A DNA stretch of 64,000 bases, taken from Paraspadella gotoi. Lineage: Eukaryota > Animalia > Chaetognatha. A program made the position numbers and the translations under genes. How positions within the stretch are numbered: position 1 is the first letter of the stretch; every line of letters begins with the position of its first letter. Below, piece after piece: positions 31,201-43,632 of the stretch. The stretch spans positions 29,191,997 to 29,255,996 of the forward strand of contig CM119263.1 in NCBI GenBank assembly GCA_051294375.1, written 5' to 3'. The notes under the pieces are model-generated. The model had not been told where the DNA came from and did not search any database. It saw only the letters and a list, made by a program, of their open reading frames with translations.

Positions 31201-33454
31201 TTCTCTCCCCTTCCCCCTTTCTCCCCCTTCCCCCTTTCTCCCCCTTCCCCTTCCCACCCCCAGGCCCCGGAAAGGAAGCTCAATTCTTCAGCAAAACTCT
31301 CGGCGCAGCCACACTTTCTCCTTTCATCGCCATTCAGCGGAAAATGGACGAACGAGGGCGTCACGAGCGACGTCGCGCCGCGAAGGCGCTCGTCGAACAC
31401 ACGAGGGCGCGACGGGAAGACGCCGCGTTTCGGGCGCGCGCTGCTAGGGAGCAGCGTAGGAAGGAGGCCGTGGCGAGGAGGCTGCAGGTTAATTTGTCCG
31501 TGCTCCAACCTGTCTCCATCTTTTCCAGGATGAAAATGATGTTAAAAGGATGGATAGAATGAAGGAAATGAAATGAAGATTGAAGGAATGCTCTATCTCT
31601 GTCTCCCTGACTCTGTCTCCTTCTATACAAGGATGAGAATGAGTTGGTCCAACGAATGGAAAGACTGAAGATGCAAAGAATGAGAGAATGCTCTATCTCT
31701 GTCCAACCGTCTCTGTCTCTTTACCAGGATGAGAATGACTTAATCGAATTGATGGAAAGACTCGAGATGCAAAGAATGAGAGAATGCTCTATCTCTGTCT
31801 AACTGTCTCTGTCTCTTTATCAGGATGAGAATGACTTAGTCGAAGCGATGGAAAGACTCGAGATGCAAAGAATGAAGGAATTTCGCGGAGTTTCTGCTTC
31901 ACGAAGGAAAAGAGAAGAGACAAAGGAAATGACGAAGAATTCGGGCGATTTCGTCTTGGACTTTATATCACAGGTTTGGTGACATAGATATATGACATGA
32001 AATCGGTACAACCAATATCAAATTATCCATTTATTTAATAACTAATCTATCTTGTCCCTTGAATTCTTTTTTTTTAAAGTTCAAGATCAACTTCCGAGGC
32101 GAAGAGATAAGCAACTTAAATTTTAGTTTAATTTGTAATCATTATTTTTAGTTACTATTTGCTTTCATTTTCGCCAATTTTATAAAACGTTTTGTTTACC
32201 CTTTTTTTTTACCTTTATGTTTCGTTGTTAACTTCTTTCCCTTCCCAGGCGAACTCAGTTGGCAAAGCCCTGCGCCTCCACGATTCCAGCGTGAATCGCG
32301 AGACAGAGTTAACGAGACGAACCGAGAAAATCTTGACGATGAGAGAGATGGAGAGACAAAACAAAGACGCCGTCAGGAAGTTTGTCGAGTACAAAGTCCT
32401 CAAGTTGCAGGCGAGTGTGGGTCGGGGGTGTCTCGGGAGTTGTGGGGAATTGTGGACATTTGTGGGCAATAGGAAAGAGTGAAGATATAAATAAAATCGT
32501 CTCTTTTATTCTTTTTGTAATGGTTTTATTTCGGGCATACAGCTTATATTCAGTGTTTTCTGTATTTTTCATACGTCATTATACTCATAGGTCGGGTTTA
32601 TTTACTAGTGATAGAGCCGGTTTAATTACGCGTAATCTTCGTGAAATATCTGCATTTATGTGATATCTCCAATATGACAGTACTTAAAGTTATATATGGT
32701 CTTTTCATACAATTGAAACATTCTTTGAAATATTATACCACTTCATTGATAGGGAAGCCAGGTACTCTGGGGGTGAATAAACGAGACTGTGAGAGAGTCT
32801 TGATTGAAAGCTTGCAGTGACCTGCTATGTCATTATCTTGTAAGAGTGATGTAGGCCTTAAACCACCAAAGCCTGTCCAAAGTCAGGGGCAAGATAGCTT
32901 ATTTATTAAATGAATGGATAATTTTTATATTGGTTGTACCAATTTCATATAGATTTAAAAATGGAGCTAAAAAAATAAAGAATGAAGTAATGAAATATAA
33001 AACTCTATTCTTTGTCTTATCTATCTCTGGCAAAAAAAAAAAACTTAATCTAAAGAAAACGAAATATTACAATATGCAAATTTTTATGTCTCCCTTTTCC
33101 CACAGTCTCGCGCCACCGCAGCGCGCTCCGCAGCGGACGAGGATCTTCTCCGCGCTTCACGCGCCAGAATCGACGCAGCGCGACGACGCGTCGAGAGGCT
33201 CAAGCGAGATCGAAAGAGGGCGTTTCTCCCCAGCGCGTCGGGCGCATCGCACGCGCAAATGGTCCGCGCTGCGCACGACATCTTGCGTAGCGCGAGAAGG
33301 GGGGAGGAGGAGGTGAGTAGGGAGTAAGGGGAGTGGGTGAGTGAGCGGGGAGAGAGGGGTAAAAGAGTGGGAGGTGGGTTGGAAGAGAAATGAAAATGAG
33401 AGAGGGGGGAAGAAAGAAATAAAGATTTCAGTTTTTAAGCTAAACGAATTTTCT

Positions 33455-33492
<38 letters not shown>

Positions 33493-34255
33493 CAGGACGA
33501 CGAAGATGACGACAGCATCGACGACGCCGGGAGAGGGAGTCTTCTTCGCACGTCGACCTCGAAATCTGGAAATCAAGATGGCGGCGGCGGCGGAGGAGGA
33601 GGAAAAGGGCGCGCCCACCGCCGCGCTCTGGCCAGCGGAAAGATTTACTTCAGTCCGTCTCCGTCGCTCGTGGAGACGTCAACGCCTCTCGCCAACTTGG
33701 TCAGTCATTAAAAATGGCATTATGTTTTTTTATTTTTTTAAGTTTAAAAAAAGTAATGAAATACTAGCTGGAAAATAGCATCAATAAGTTCATAACTAGT
33801 TTGTTTTAAACTTTTTTACTTTTGGCTGAATGAGTTTTAATTTTTTCTTCTTAAAATTAATATTAATTAATTAATTAATATATAATAAAATCCATATTTT
33901 AAAGTCTGGCATGCATGTTTTTTTTTTGGGGGGGGGTTTATAAATTTAATATAATTTATAAATTTTGAAATACTCTCCTTGTTCCTTTGTTTATATCTCG
34001 ACCCGCTGACAGGAAGCGCCTCTACCGAATCAAAGCTTATTATCGACCATCGCCATCGTCGCCAAACAAAAGACAGGAAGTCGAGAATCTGCGCCTCCAG
34101 CGACGCCGCGTGACGCCGTCTTCAGAGAGGCTGCGTCGCCGCGTCCGAAGACGACGCCGCGGCGTCGCCGATCCGAAAGAGAATCCGGCGACGGCGGCGT
34201 GGATGGACGAAGTATCGCCGATGCGCTCGTCATCTCTCGTCCGTCGAACTTTTAG
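25212..34255 (+). CDS. LRRIQ3: Leucine-rich repeat and IQ domain-containing protein 3, 16 exons, ~914 aa
   Basis: Exons 25212-25225, 25481-25635, 26038-26171, 26677-26895, 27422-27590, 27866-28055, 28435-28592, 28797-28891, 29502-29696, 30124-30349, 31264-31487, 31824-31973, 32249-32410, 33106-33312, 33496-33699 and 34013-34255 stay in frame (2745 nt). VCVLSNNYLTNIDPL...LIKLDAHSNQIKSLP...LHDN, LTMYDTPLSLKHYYRHHAVN...DRHLVSDEEII and the IQ motif SPVVIVQRWVRG match vertebrate LRRIQ3 as I recall it. Second IQ-like motif TIQRWYRA; coiled-coil C-terminal half; AATAAA near 34329. Alternative start at ATG 25587. Confidence 0.92.
30511..30870. mobile_element. MITE-like element with perfect 37-bp terminal inverted repeats
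   Basis: TCTATGTACAAGGTTCGTAACTCATAAATATTGTATT at 30511-30547, with its exact reverse complement at 30834-30870. Confidence 0.85.
30562..30790 (-). mobile_element. tRNA-derived SINE nested inside the inverted-repeat element
   Basis: Minus-strand A box TGGCTCAGTGG (30778-30768) and B box GGTTCGAGCCC (30738-30728). The body is homologous to the copy at 1005-1170. Confidence 0.8.
31500..31880 (+). repeat. ~96-bp tandem duplication of a 3' splice site plus exon start (4 copies)
   Basis: AG|GATGA(G/A)AATGA starts at 31529, 31632, 31728 and 31824, each after a pyrimidine tract. Confidence 0.88.
31995..32062 (-). mobile_element. Dispersed MITE-like family, terminal fragment
   Basis: ATGAAATCGGTACAACCAATATCAAATTATCCATTTATTTAATAA...ATCTTGTCCC is approximately the reverse complement of 32886-32950. 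Also present at 52125-52192 and 53598-53690. Confidence 0.75.
32745..32950 (+). mobile_element. Dispersed MITE-like family, longest copy
   Basis: AGACTGTGAGAGAGTCTTGATTGAAAGCTTGC...GCCTGTCCAAAGTCAGGGGCAAGATAGC...ATTGGTTGTACCAATTTCAT. Pieces recur at ~18215-18260, 54335-54510 and 54690-54850. Confidence 0.78.
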
Positions 34256-36415
34256 TTTTATTTATTGTTTATTATTAGATGTATAGCTTCAATTTAAACG
34301 TTGTCGAAATTAGATATGTCTCTGTTTGAATAAAAATGCATTTTACGATTTTATATATATAAAATAAATGAACGACACTTTCCTTATTAAAAAATTTCTC
34401 CGAATTCATTCGTGACTTTGTAAATTAAATCTTTTGTTTTTTCATTTGATTTTAGATGTCAGGACGAATATTTTTGTCTTTACCGACAATCGTAATCTCG
34501 ACAAAAGATCATAATTATGTTTTAAAATACGAATTAATTAATAGATATATTTCTAATAATTATCTAAATATTAATAATAGAATATTATTTTAAAAATTTT
34601 CGAATATATATGCATGAACGAAACTACCGAAGTTCGCCGAGTTGTTTATTCCACAACATATGTGAATAATAAATAAAAATAAAAGAATAACATAAAATAT
34701 TCTAAATTTTATTTCTTTTTTCTTTCTCTTAAATATAATAAGATTTTCAAATTTATCAAATATTTGGTCCTCGACTTGATGTTTTCAAAATTTAAAAATT
34801 TTGTTCTTCTAATCGAGTGAATAAATTATTAATTGAAAAGCTGGTGTTTTTTTTAGTTTATATTAGGTTATGAAAAGGCCGTCCAAGGAAAACTAAATTC
34901 TTTATCGGCGCCTCATAAAACTTCTAAATCGTCCGTCCAGATATGAAATTGATACGAAAGTTCGGCCAAAGGATTTTTATAGCTGTTTTACCGACTTGCA
35001 GACGAGTAAAAATATTATTCTATGTACGAAATTGAAATTACAGTTAAATATTGTTCTGTTACGACAAAAGTGAATCATTCAGTTAAATCAATAACTGACA
35101 GATGTTAAAAGTTATCAGCCACCAGTCAATCAATCAAACGTGAGTCAAATAATTGTGGACTTTCCAGCCGATAAAGATTTTCGCTTTTAAAAGTTGAGCG
35201 ACAGGTGCCGCCCAATTCCGCGGCCTGACCTCGAAATTCGCGACTCGAAAATAGGATCCGTTTTGAGAGGGTGGATACTTTTATTGCTAGGGATTCCATG
35301 AAGTCAATGGCCTTGAAGCGGTAGTTTAGGTGATGTTGCAAAATATATAAAATATATGCATTCAGTTAATGAATTGGCTATCATGCTCCTGACATTGGAC
35401 CGGATAGGGCGAGTTAAGGGCCCCATTATTATTACGAAATAGCAGGACTCTGAAAGCTTTTAATTATGGCTCTCTCACTATTTCGTTTATTCACTCCGAT
35501 TGGACCTGATATCTCTACCAACAAAGTAGTGTAATGTTTGAAAGGACAACTCCCTTAAGTATTAGATCGGGGAATACTATATTATACTTATGTAAGAAAA
35601 CATAAAAAAGCTAAAATCATTATGACATATCTCAAAATTTTTAAACATGTGTTAAATGATTTCATGAAGAGAGTAAGGTAAAGCCAATTAATTACAAACA
35701 GTAGAAAAAGAAAACAATAGGTATTAAAGGAAATTATAAACAAAAAAGTAACAGGGATACAACCAAAGCCAAAGGGATCTTTTTAGGAAGAATTTAATTG
35801 CGATCCAAATAAAACTAAAAATATTTGAATATCGAAAGGGTGGACCGATCAAGGATCCCTATTTCAAAGGACTGACAACTATTGTCCGCCAATGACCGAA
35901 TTATGGCCCCTTCGATATTTAGAGGCAAATACGAAGGCGAAGTATAATAAAGTCAGAAAGACTATATATATACAAACAAAGGAAAAAGTCGCGAATTGTT
36001 TAAAAGAATGAGAAGTTGCGGTCGAAATGCTTTTCAGATAGGAATTGATTTTGATAATATACGAGAATAAAAAAAAACAAGTTTCAGGCATTTCCGAGAA
36101 ACGCGATCATTACCGAGAAATTGATTGATTGAAGGAGTAAACAATAAACAAAAGAGCTCGATTGTCCAATTTGATTCTCGCCCGCAATAGCAAAGAGACT
36201 TTAAATTTCCGCCATCATGACGAAGCGACACCATAGAACCATATGGCGAAGACAAACGACGACGACGACGACGACGAGGGCGCTTAAGGTCGCTGATCCC
36301 TACAGTATCGCTCAACCGCGAGAGACCAAAACGTGCTCTATTGAGAGAACGCGGAGCTGATATATACACATCGTGTCTCGCTCTCCGCGAAATGGAAAAA
36401 AAGGAGAAAAAGCGT

Positions 36416-36506
<91 letters not shown>

Positions 36507-36677
36507 AGTGGAAAACGGAACGAGGTTCTGCGAAGTCACATCTGGATCCGTTCTGCGTCACAACGGCCGGGTGGACGTCAGACGATGACGTTTTGGGTCT
36601 CGTTTCTTTCCTCTGCTTCCTCTTCTCTCCTCTCTCTTCTTCTTTACTCTGGCCTCACCTTCCTCCTCCCACTCGTC

Positions 36678-36741
<64 letters not shown>

Positions 36742-37643
36742 GCTCTCTCTCTCCGTCCTCTCCTCTTCCTCACTCGCTCTCCTTTCGCTCTCCCAGGATT
36801 CCCAGGAGAGAGTGAATGTGCTATTGCGATGTTCTTCGATTTGCGTTTTCTTTCTAATTTTCCAGACGCCTGACATTTTTCATTCTAAATTATCTATTCT
36901 TCATTGTTCATTATTAATTCTTATTTTAATCTTTCATTATTAATTCTCATGCCATTCACCCATTCCCTAGAGGCATTGACCGATTCCAAAGGAACCATTC
37001 ACCCATTTCACTGGCGCCATTCACCCATTCCCCTAATCGATTCCACTAATGCTTAAGCAATCAGACATCATTTAAACGAAGAGAGAAAACTGGTCGAAGC
37101 ACAAATGAATTTTAGCGGAAAAATAATTATAAAAATCCTTCACTCTGGCTTTCAAAATGACATTTATAGACTAATTATATAAAGATGAGAAAAGAGAAAA
37201 ATATAAATATTTCATCATATTTATGATACTAATTGTGACATCTGATCAATATGTAACCAAAAAAAGTTTTGAAAATATTTTCAAGTCGATGTAAATGAAA
37301 TATAGACGTGGAACTGAGAACTGCATGAAAAGGGCTTCCGGTGGTAGCGCCACTGTGTGTCAAGAGTTTAAAAACTTTTTATTTTATTTTATATTTTAAA
37401 TTTAATCATGCTTAATATTTTAATTTATCCACATTTTTTTTAAATAAGTTTTACTAATCAATTTAACAAAACTTAATTTGAAAAGTACAAACATAAATTC
37501 CATTATAATATAACTATATTAAATATATTGATAAAATATTTTTTTATAATTAAAAACAATTAAAAACTCTCGCTCTCTAGTGAATCTCTAACGCGATTCA
37601 CAAAAATGTGAGACTCGAAACAAAAAGTCAACAGAAGATTAGA

Positions 37644-37960
37644 GCCTCCGTCGAAAGGCGAGAGGCGGTGGCCGAGTCCTGGTACGGGTCTGGGCACCGT
37701 ACGGGCCAGGCACCGTACGGGCCTGGCGTCTTAGTACGAGCCGAATGTTATCGGCCTATTACGGGTTGGTGTTCAGTCCCGTACTTATAAGGAACGATCA
37801 ATTTTTGTGGATCGAGTCAAAGCCCTGGGAATCCAGGCATGTTACAAAAACTGCCACCCTCGTGATGTGACCTGGTTATGAATAGTTATCCTGTCACGAG
37901 TCGAAAACCTTAAACCCGGAACGGGTCGAAGCCGGACCCGCCAAAGACCCCGTCGTCTTG
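37644..37960. ncRNA. Candidate structured RNA, or structured retroelement end
   Basis: Seven hairpins in ~300 nt, including a GAAA tetraloop and an Sm-site-like AATTTTTG. No family recognised. Confidence 0.35.
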
Positions 37961-38018
37961 CATTTACGTCATTCACTGCAAACAAATGATATTTTCAATT
38001 TCGATCCTGTCCTTTTCT

Positions 38019-38116
<98 letters not shown>

Positions 38117-39004
38117 TTTGCCCCGGTTCTACTAGGCACCAAAAAAAAAGGGGTTTGACGTCATATTTTAAAAAGAATGAAAAAGAAACAGGATTTGTAT
38201 TTATTACGCTAAGCTTTTGCTTATGCTTTTGCTTTTGATTTCTAACGCTTTTCATCTGATGCTATGCGCATTGCCCAAGCGCATAGAGGTGCTCCGCACC
38301 TTAAGTATCTGGTTTTGTTTTGCATCTTTATATTGCTTTCATCAATTTTTTGCATTGATTTTTTTTGCTTTGATTTTCTTTATTTCAAAAATGCTAAAAG
38401 GGATAAAAAGACCCGAAAAAAATTGACATACTATTTTCGCAAAATAAAAAATAAAAATAGATATTATGTTACGTCACTCAAGAAGTACGTATATATTATA
38501 TCCTCAATACTTATTATAATAAATTCTAACGTCATTTCTCTCTATATATCAAAGGCCCCAACACGAGAGTAATGTAAAAGGCTTTCGATAGCGAAATAAT
38601 AATTTCATTAATCTATTGAAGATTATGCGAGGAAAGAAGAAGATATAAAAGAGAAAAGGGGACATCCGTTCGATCGGGTTTTATTTCTGACAAAAAAAAT
38701 GGTAAATTAGGTTATTTTTTATTTATATACAAATTATACATTCATTTTCATCTAGTTTTCGTTTTAGATGGTTTTAGATAAAGGGTTTTCTATAAATTCT
38801 ATAAATTCTATAAATGAAAAAATGTTTATTAATTAATTTTAATCTTTATAAATATATAACTCAAATGCTCTTTTTTTCCTTAAATATTTTTTTTTATTTC
38901 ACTTTGCTTGAAAACGATTATTTCTAAGCTATTATTTTTTTTTCGTTTTCAAATTTTAACTCTCTCTCTCGATTTCTCCCCTTTTACCCTCCCTCCCTGC
39001 ACAC

Positions 39005-39085
<81 letters not shown>

Positions 39086-39162
39086 CTCTCTCCATCTTTA
39101 TTTGTTATGCCATAAAAAAGTTTTGACAAAAAATAGATAATTCGACAGAAGTGAATCAATTT

Positions 39163-39228
<66 letters not shown>

Positions 39229-39245
39229 AAGAAAGAAAGAAAGGA

Positions 39246-39281
<36 letters not shown>

Positions 39282-39617
39282 CACGGGTTGTCAAAATGGG
39301 GGTGTAGAATGTAGACCCTTTAAACTGGATTCTTCTCGTAAAAAAAGATTGGCCGTTTTGACGATTTCACGTGAACCTGTTCTTTCTTCTTCACGTGAAA
39401 GATTTTAATCCTCGGACTTTTGTTTTTCTAACCCTAACGTCGCGCATTCTTTTCGTATTTTCGTATCAGCGGCGAAGTTTCACTTTTGTTTCGGTTTTTT
39501 TTACTTCTTTTTTTTTGTTGTAATTTTGTTTTGTTTAAAATTAATTTTAACTTTTAAGGGAGAAAGATAGGAATGAAATAAGAGAGGGATGATAAGGAAA
39601 GCGCGTTCGAGAGATGA

Positions 39618-39668
<51 letters not shown>

Positions 39669-39779
39669 GAAGAAAGAAAGAAAGAAAGAAAGAAAAATAG
39701 AGAAAAGAAAGAAAGGAGACGGTATTAGAGAAAGTGAGAAACAGTGAGAGAGAGTAAAAAGAAAGAGAGAAAGAGAGAA

Positions 39780-39836
<57 letters not shown>

Positions 39837-39949
39837 ACTCAACCAGATAATTGAGGGCGAGAGATAGAGAGAAAACAAGGCGATCGTCCTCTTGTTTTTG
39901 TTTTGTTTGATTTGTGGCTTCGAAAGGCGTCACCTGTTCGACGCGAGAT

Positions 39950-39988
<39 letters not shown>

Positions 39989-40136
39989 TTTTAAAGAGAC
40001 CTACAAAGAGCGCTTCGAAAGTGACATTGTTCAATTCGTCGTTGGAGGGCGATACTGGAAGGGAAACAAAAGATCAGAGATCAGAACAAGAATCATCATC
40101 GATGGAGAATAGTTCCAGGATATTTCTTTCTTTTTT

Positions 40137-40265
40137 TCATTCATTCATTCATTCATTCATTCATTCATTCATTCATTCATTCATTCATTCATTCATTCAT
40201 TCATTCATTCATTCATTCACTAATTCATTCATTCATTCATTCACTAATTCATTCATTCATTCATT
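40137..40265. repeat. (TCAT)n microsatellite
   Basis: Read directly. Confidence 0.9.
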
Positions 40266-41269
40266 AAAAACATATCCCATCCCATTTTAATAGTATCCTA
40301 AAACGTAAAAAGACCAAGGTTAATTCTGTTCCGGACTTCCCCTTTTTTCCTTCCTTGTCATCGCCAAGTTTATCCCACATTAATTACTTTTCGCCGATGA
40401 CATCATCGCGCTAACTTTCGCGATTGATTGGTTAATTGGATCGACCAATCAGGGAGCGGCTGGCGAGCCTCGGGGTCAATCACCGGTCGGGAAAAAAAAA
40501 AGGAGAAGAAAGTAACCCTCATTAATTAGTATTTATTGTTTAAAAAACCCAGGGATTCTATATTTAAAAAAAAAAAAGAGGATGAACTATCGAAAAAAAT
40601 TTTGGGAAGATTTGGAGGTCGGAGGGTTAGAAAATATTGGGGTCGGAGTATTGGAAAATCTGGGGGTCGGAGGATCAGGTCAAAGGGTCGGGAAGACGTA
40701 TGGTGAAAGTATTAGGAGGGCGGGTGTTTGGAGGATGGAAGGGATGTAGGGTCAAGAAATGTTGGGGTCGGAGTTACAACTGGAAATCTGGGGGTCGGAG
40801 GATTAGGACGTCGGAGAATCGTAAGTTTGGAGTTCAAGAGGTCGGAAGGTTCGTAACAAGGCCAGGTCGCACTCCAGGATGTTTTGAGTTTTTTCTCCTT
40901 CAGGGAAGAAAAGTTCGATTGGAAGATTAAAAAAAAAGGTGACAGGAGGATGTTTTGTTGTTTTTTTTTCTTTTTATTTAAAATAAAAAGATGAATAGAT
41001 AAAAACAAGAACGGGAATTCAAATGTGTTGCGCTGAAGTGACTTCCTTATCACGTGTATTTCTCGTTACATGACGTGATATGACATAACGTGACATAACA
41101 TAATTACATGACTACAATAACTTTCTTAGCCCGTGTATTTATGACATGTATTGCATTAAAATTCTGTCTTTTATTCATTATAGTTTTAAGAATCACTAAA
41201 GGCGGCGCTAGTAATCCCTTAGATTTGAGGATTTTTCTGTCTTAACAAAGGAGCAAATTATATGCATTT

Positions 41270-41382
41270 TTAACGGAAGTAGGACTGACCGACAGATAGA
41301 CATACCAACGGACCGACCGACAGACCGACCGAAAAGTGATTTATAGAGTTGCTCCGCGAGTACTCGCGGGGGCAACTAAAAA
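41270..41382 (+). mobile_element. Non-autonomous Helentron/DINE-1-like element end
   Basis: A (GACC/GACA)n tract followed by TTATAG, the GC-rich palindrome AGTTGCTCCGCGAGTACTCGCGGGGGCAACT and AAAAA. A second copy lies in the opposite orientation at 58468-58504. Confidence 0.65.
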
Positions 41383-42316
41383 TTACGAATTGGACTTTGG
41401 CAAAGGTAAAATCGTCGGTGACGCCCGAGGGAACGGGACCGTCACGCTTTGTCAACGCAACGGGGGGGCCGCCGGTATTGAGTCTGGAACGGTAGGTTGG
41501 CTTGGGGCGATAAGAATTGGTGACGGAGTGAGTGGTGAACGCTGGAAGAGGGTAATTGTGAATTTGCGTCCCCTTGTCGTTATGATATTAGATAAGGATA
41601 GTCCATCTAAGTTCACAGGTATCATTCAAGGAAGAACTCATGGATTTTATGGTTCTGCACGCTGATTGGTCGACGTCGGTTCCATCTTGACCAATCACGA
41701 TCCCTTTCTGTTTTGGGTTAGGTTGATTATCCTGCGATGGTATGATTATTAATTATTGATTAAATATTGGCGGATATGTTTGATGTTATGTTGTTATGTT
41801 GTTACGTTGTTATGTTGTTATGGTATGTTATGTTATGTTGTTATGTTGTTGTTATTAGCGGATATGTTTGATGTTATTTACTACTATTACTAGTCTTTTT
41901 TTTAATACGCCTTTGTAAAACGATTTAAACAAAGACGTTCAGTAGGTCAGTCGGTCAAAAAAGTCGCTCTTTTTTTAGCCGACAAAATGAATAAATATAT
42001 AATTATTGTAAACTAGTTTGACTTGCTCTCTTTCTTCTATTGTAGATACATCGACACGACACCCACGAAAAATATTTATTTAAACTCGCCTACTTTTTGT
42101 TAAATTGTGAAGAAATTAAAAATAATTCATATTTAAACTCGATCGACATTCACTTTACGACTCAGAAAAGCGAGAGATCCTTTTTTTCAAATTCCAAATT
42201 TCTATTCCCATCAATTTGTAATATTCTCTTCTTCAGATCGAAATTGATTTTCTTCAAGGTCTTTAAAGATTTTCGCATTTAAAAAAAAGTATCTTATCGA
42301 AAATTCTGATGACCTT

Positions 42317-42317
<1 letters not shown>

Positions 42318-42400
<83 letters not shown>
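42318..42400. repeat. (CGT)n microsatellite
   Basis: Read directly. Confidence 0.9.
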
Positions 42401-42401
<1 letters not shown>

Positions 42402-42482
42402 ATTAACACCTGCCTTGTGCCGAGTTTCCACTCCGTAAATTCCAAAGCGAATTTCTGATGGGAAATGAAAAGTGGTTCCATT

Positions 42483-43137
42483 GGGATTCCTCCCAACAGG
42501 ATTCCTCCCACCAACGGGTTTTCTCCCACACGGGATTCCTCCCCAAGGGATTCCTCCAATGGAATTGCTCCCACACGGGATTCCTCCCAAAGGAATTCCT
42601 CCCACACGGATTCCTCCCAAAGGAATTCCTCCACGCGGGATTCCTCCACACGGGTTTCCTCCCACACAGAATTCCTCCCCATGGAATTCCTCCCAAGCGG
42701 GATTCCTCCCACGCGGGATTCCCTCACACGGATTCCTCCCATGCGGGATTCCTCCACACGGGATTCCTCCCACACGAGATTCCTCCACACGAGCAGATTC
42801 CTCCCACACGGAATTCCTCCCACGCGGGATTCCTCCCATGCGGGATTCCTCCCACACTGGATTCTCCCACGCGGGATTCCTCCCACACGGGATTCCTCCC
42901 ACGCGGGATTCCTCCACAACGGGATTCCTCCCATGCGGGATTCCCCCCACACGGGATTCTCCAACGCGGGATCCTCCCACGCGGGATTCCTCCATGCGGG
43001 ATTCCTCCCACACGGGATTCCTCCCACACGGGATTCCTCCACGCGGGATTCCTCCCACACGGTATCCTCCCACACGGGATTCCTCCCACGCGGGATTCTC
43101 TCACACAGGATTCCTCCCACGCGGGATTTCTCCCACG
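42483..43137 (+). repeat. 17-bp tandem array (GGGATTCCTCCCAC(A/G)C)n, left arm
   Basis: Several dozen degenerate units. Confidence 0.92.
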
Positions 43138-43204
43138 TCCAATAAAAAAAAACAAGTTTGAGCAAACAATGTCGGATCTGCCTACGATAATTAAGTGGTA
43201 ATAG

Positions 43205-43395
43205 CTAACTTGGTCAACTGCATAATTTAATCAACTTGCATTATTTGGTCAACTGGCATACTTTGGTCAACTGACAAAATTTGGTAAACTGGCATAATTT
43301 GGTCAACAGGCATAATTTGGTCAACTGGCAATATTTTGGTTAACCTGAGATTTGGTCAACTGGCATATTTTGTCAATTGGAATAATTTGGTCAAT
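43205..43395. repeat. ~19-bp tandem repeat (TTTGGTCAACTGGCATAA-like, about 10 copies)
   Basis: Read directly, between the two inverted arrays. Confidence 0.85.
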
Positions 43396-43632
43396 CATCA
43401 ATCAATCAATCAAGAGAGAGATAGAGAGAGAGAAACTTTAAAAAATTCAAAATAAAATGTGTCTTTTGGTTTTTCTAATTTGAACTCTTTTCACAACTAC
43501 GATTACATCAAAAAATTTATATTCAGCTTTATCACATACTTTCCTACCACACACAAAATTTTATTTTAATGAATCATTTTTTTTTCCTTGAACACAAGAA
43601 CATCGCAACAAGAAAAATAATCACATATTTAA

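Noticed and set aside
36034-36943. Poly-ER, poly-LS and poly-FLSF ORFs here and throughout the window
   Set aside because: Translations of (GA)n, (CT)n and (CTTT)n microsatellites.
37327-37372. AAAAGGGCTTC...TCAAGAG resembling U11 snRNA
   Set aside because: Far too short, lacking the closing GAAGC strand, the internal stem-loops and the 3' hairpin; probably chance.
41336-41665. 109-aa ORF with plausible composition
   Set aside because: Starts at a GTG inside a transposon end; no recognisable domain or splice partners.
43205-43395. CRISPR-like regular repeats
   Set aside because: Head-to-tail tandem units without unique spacers, no cas genes, and eukaryotic context.
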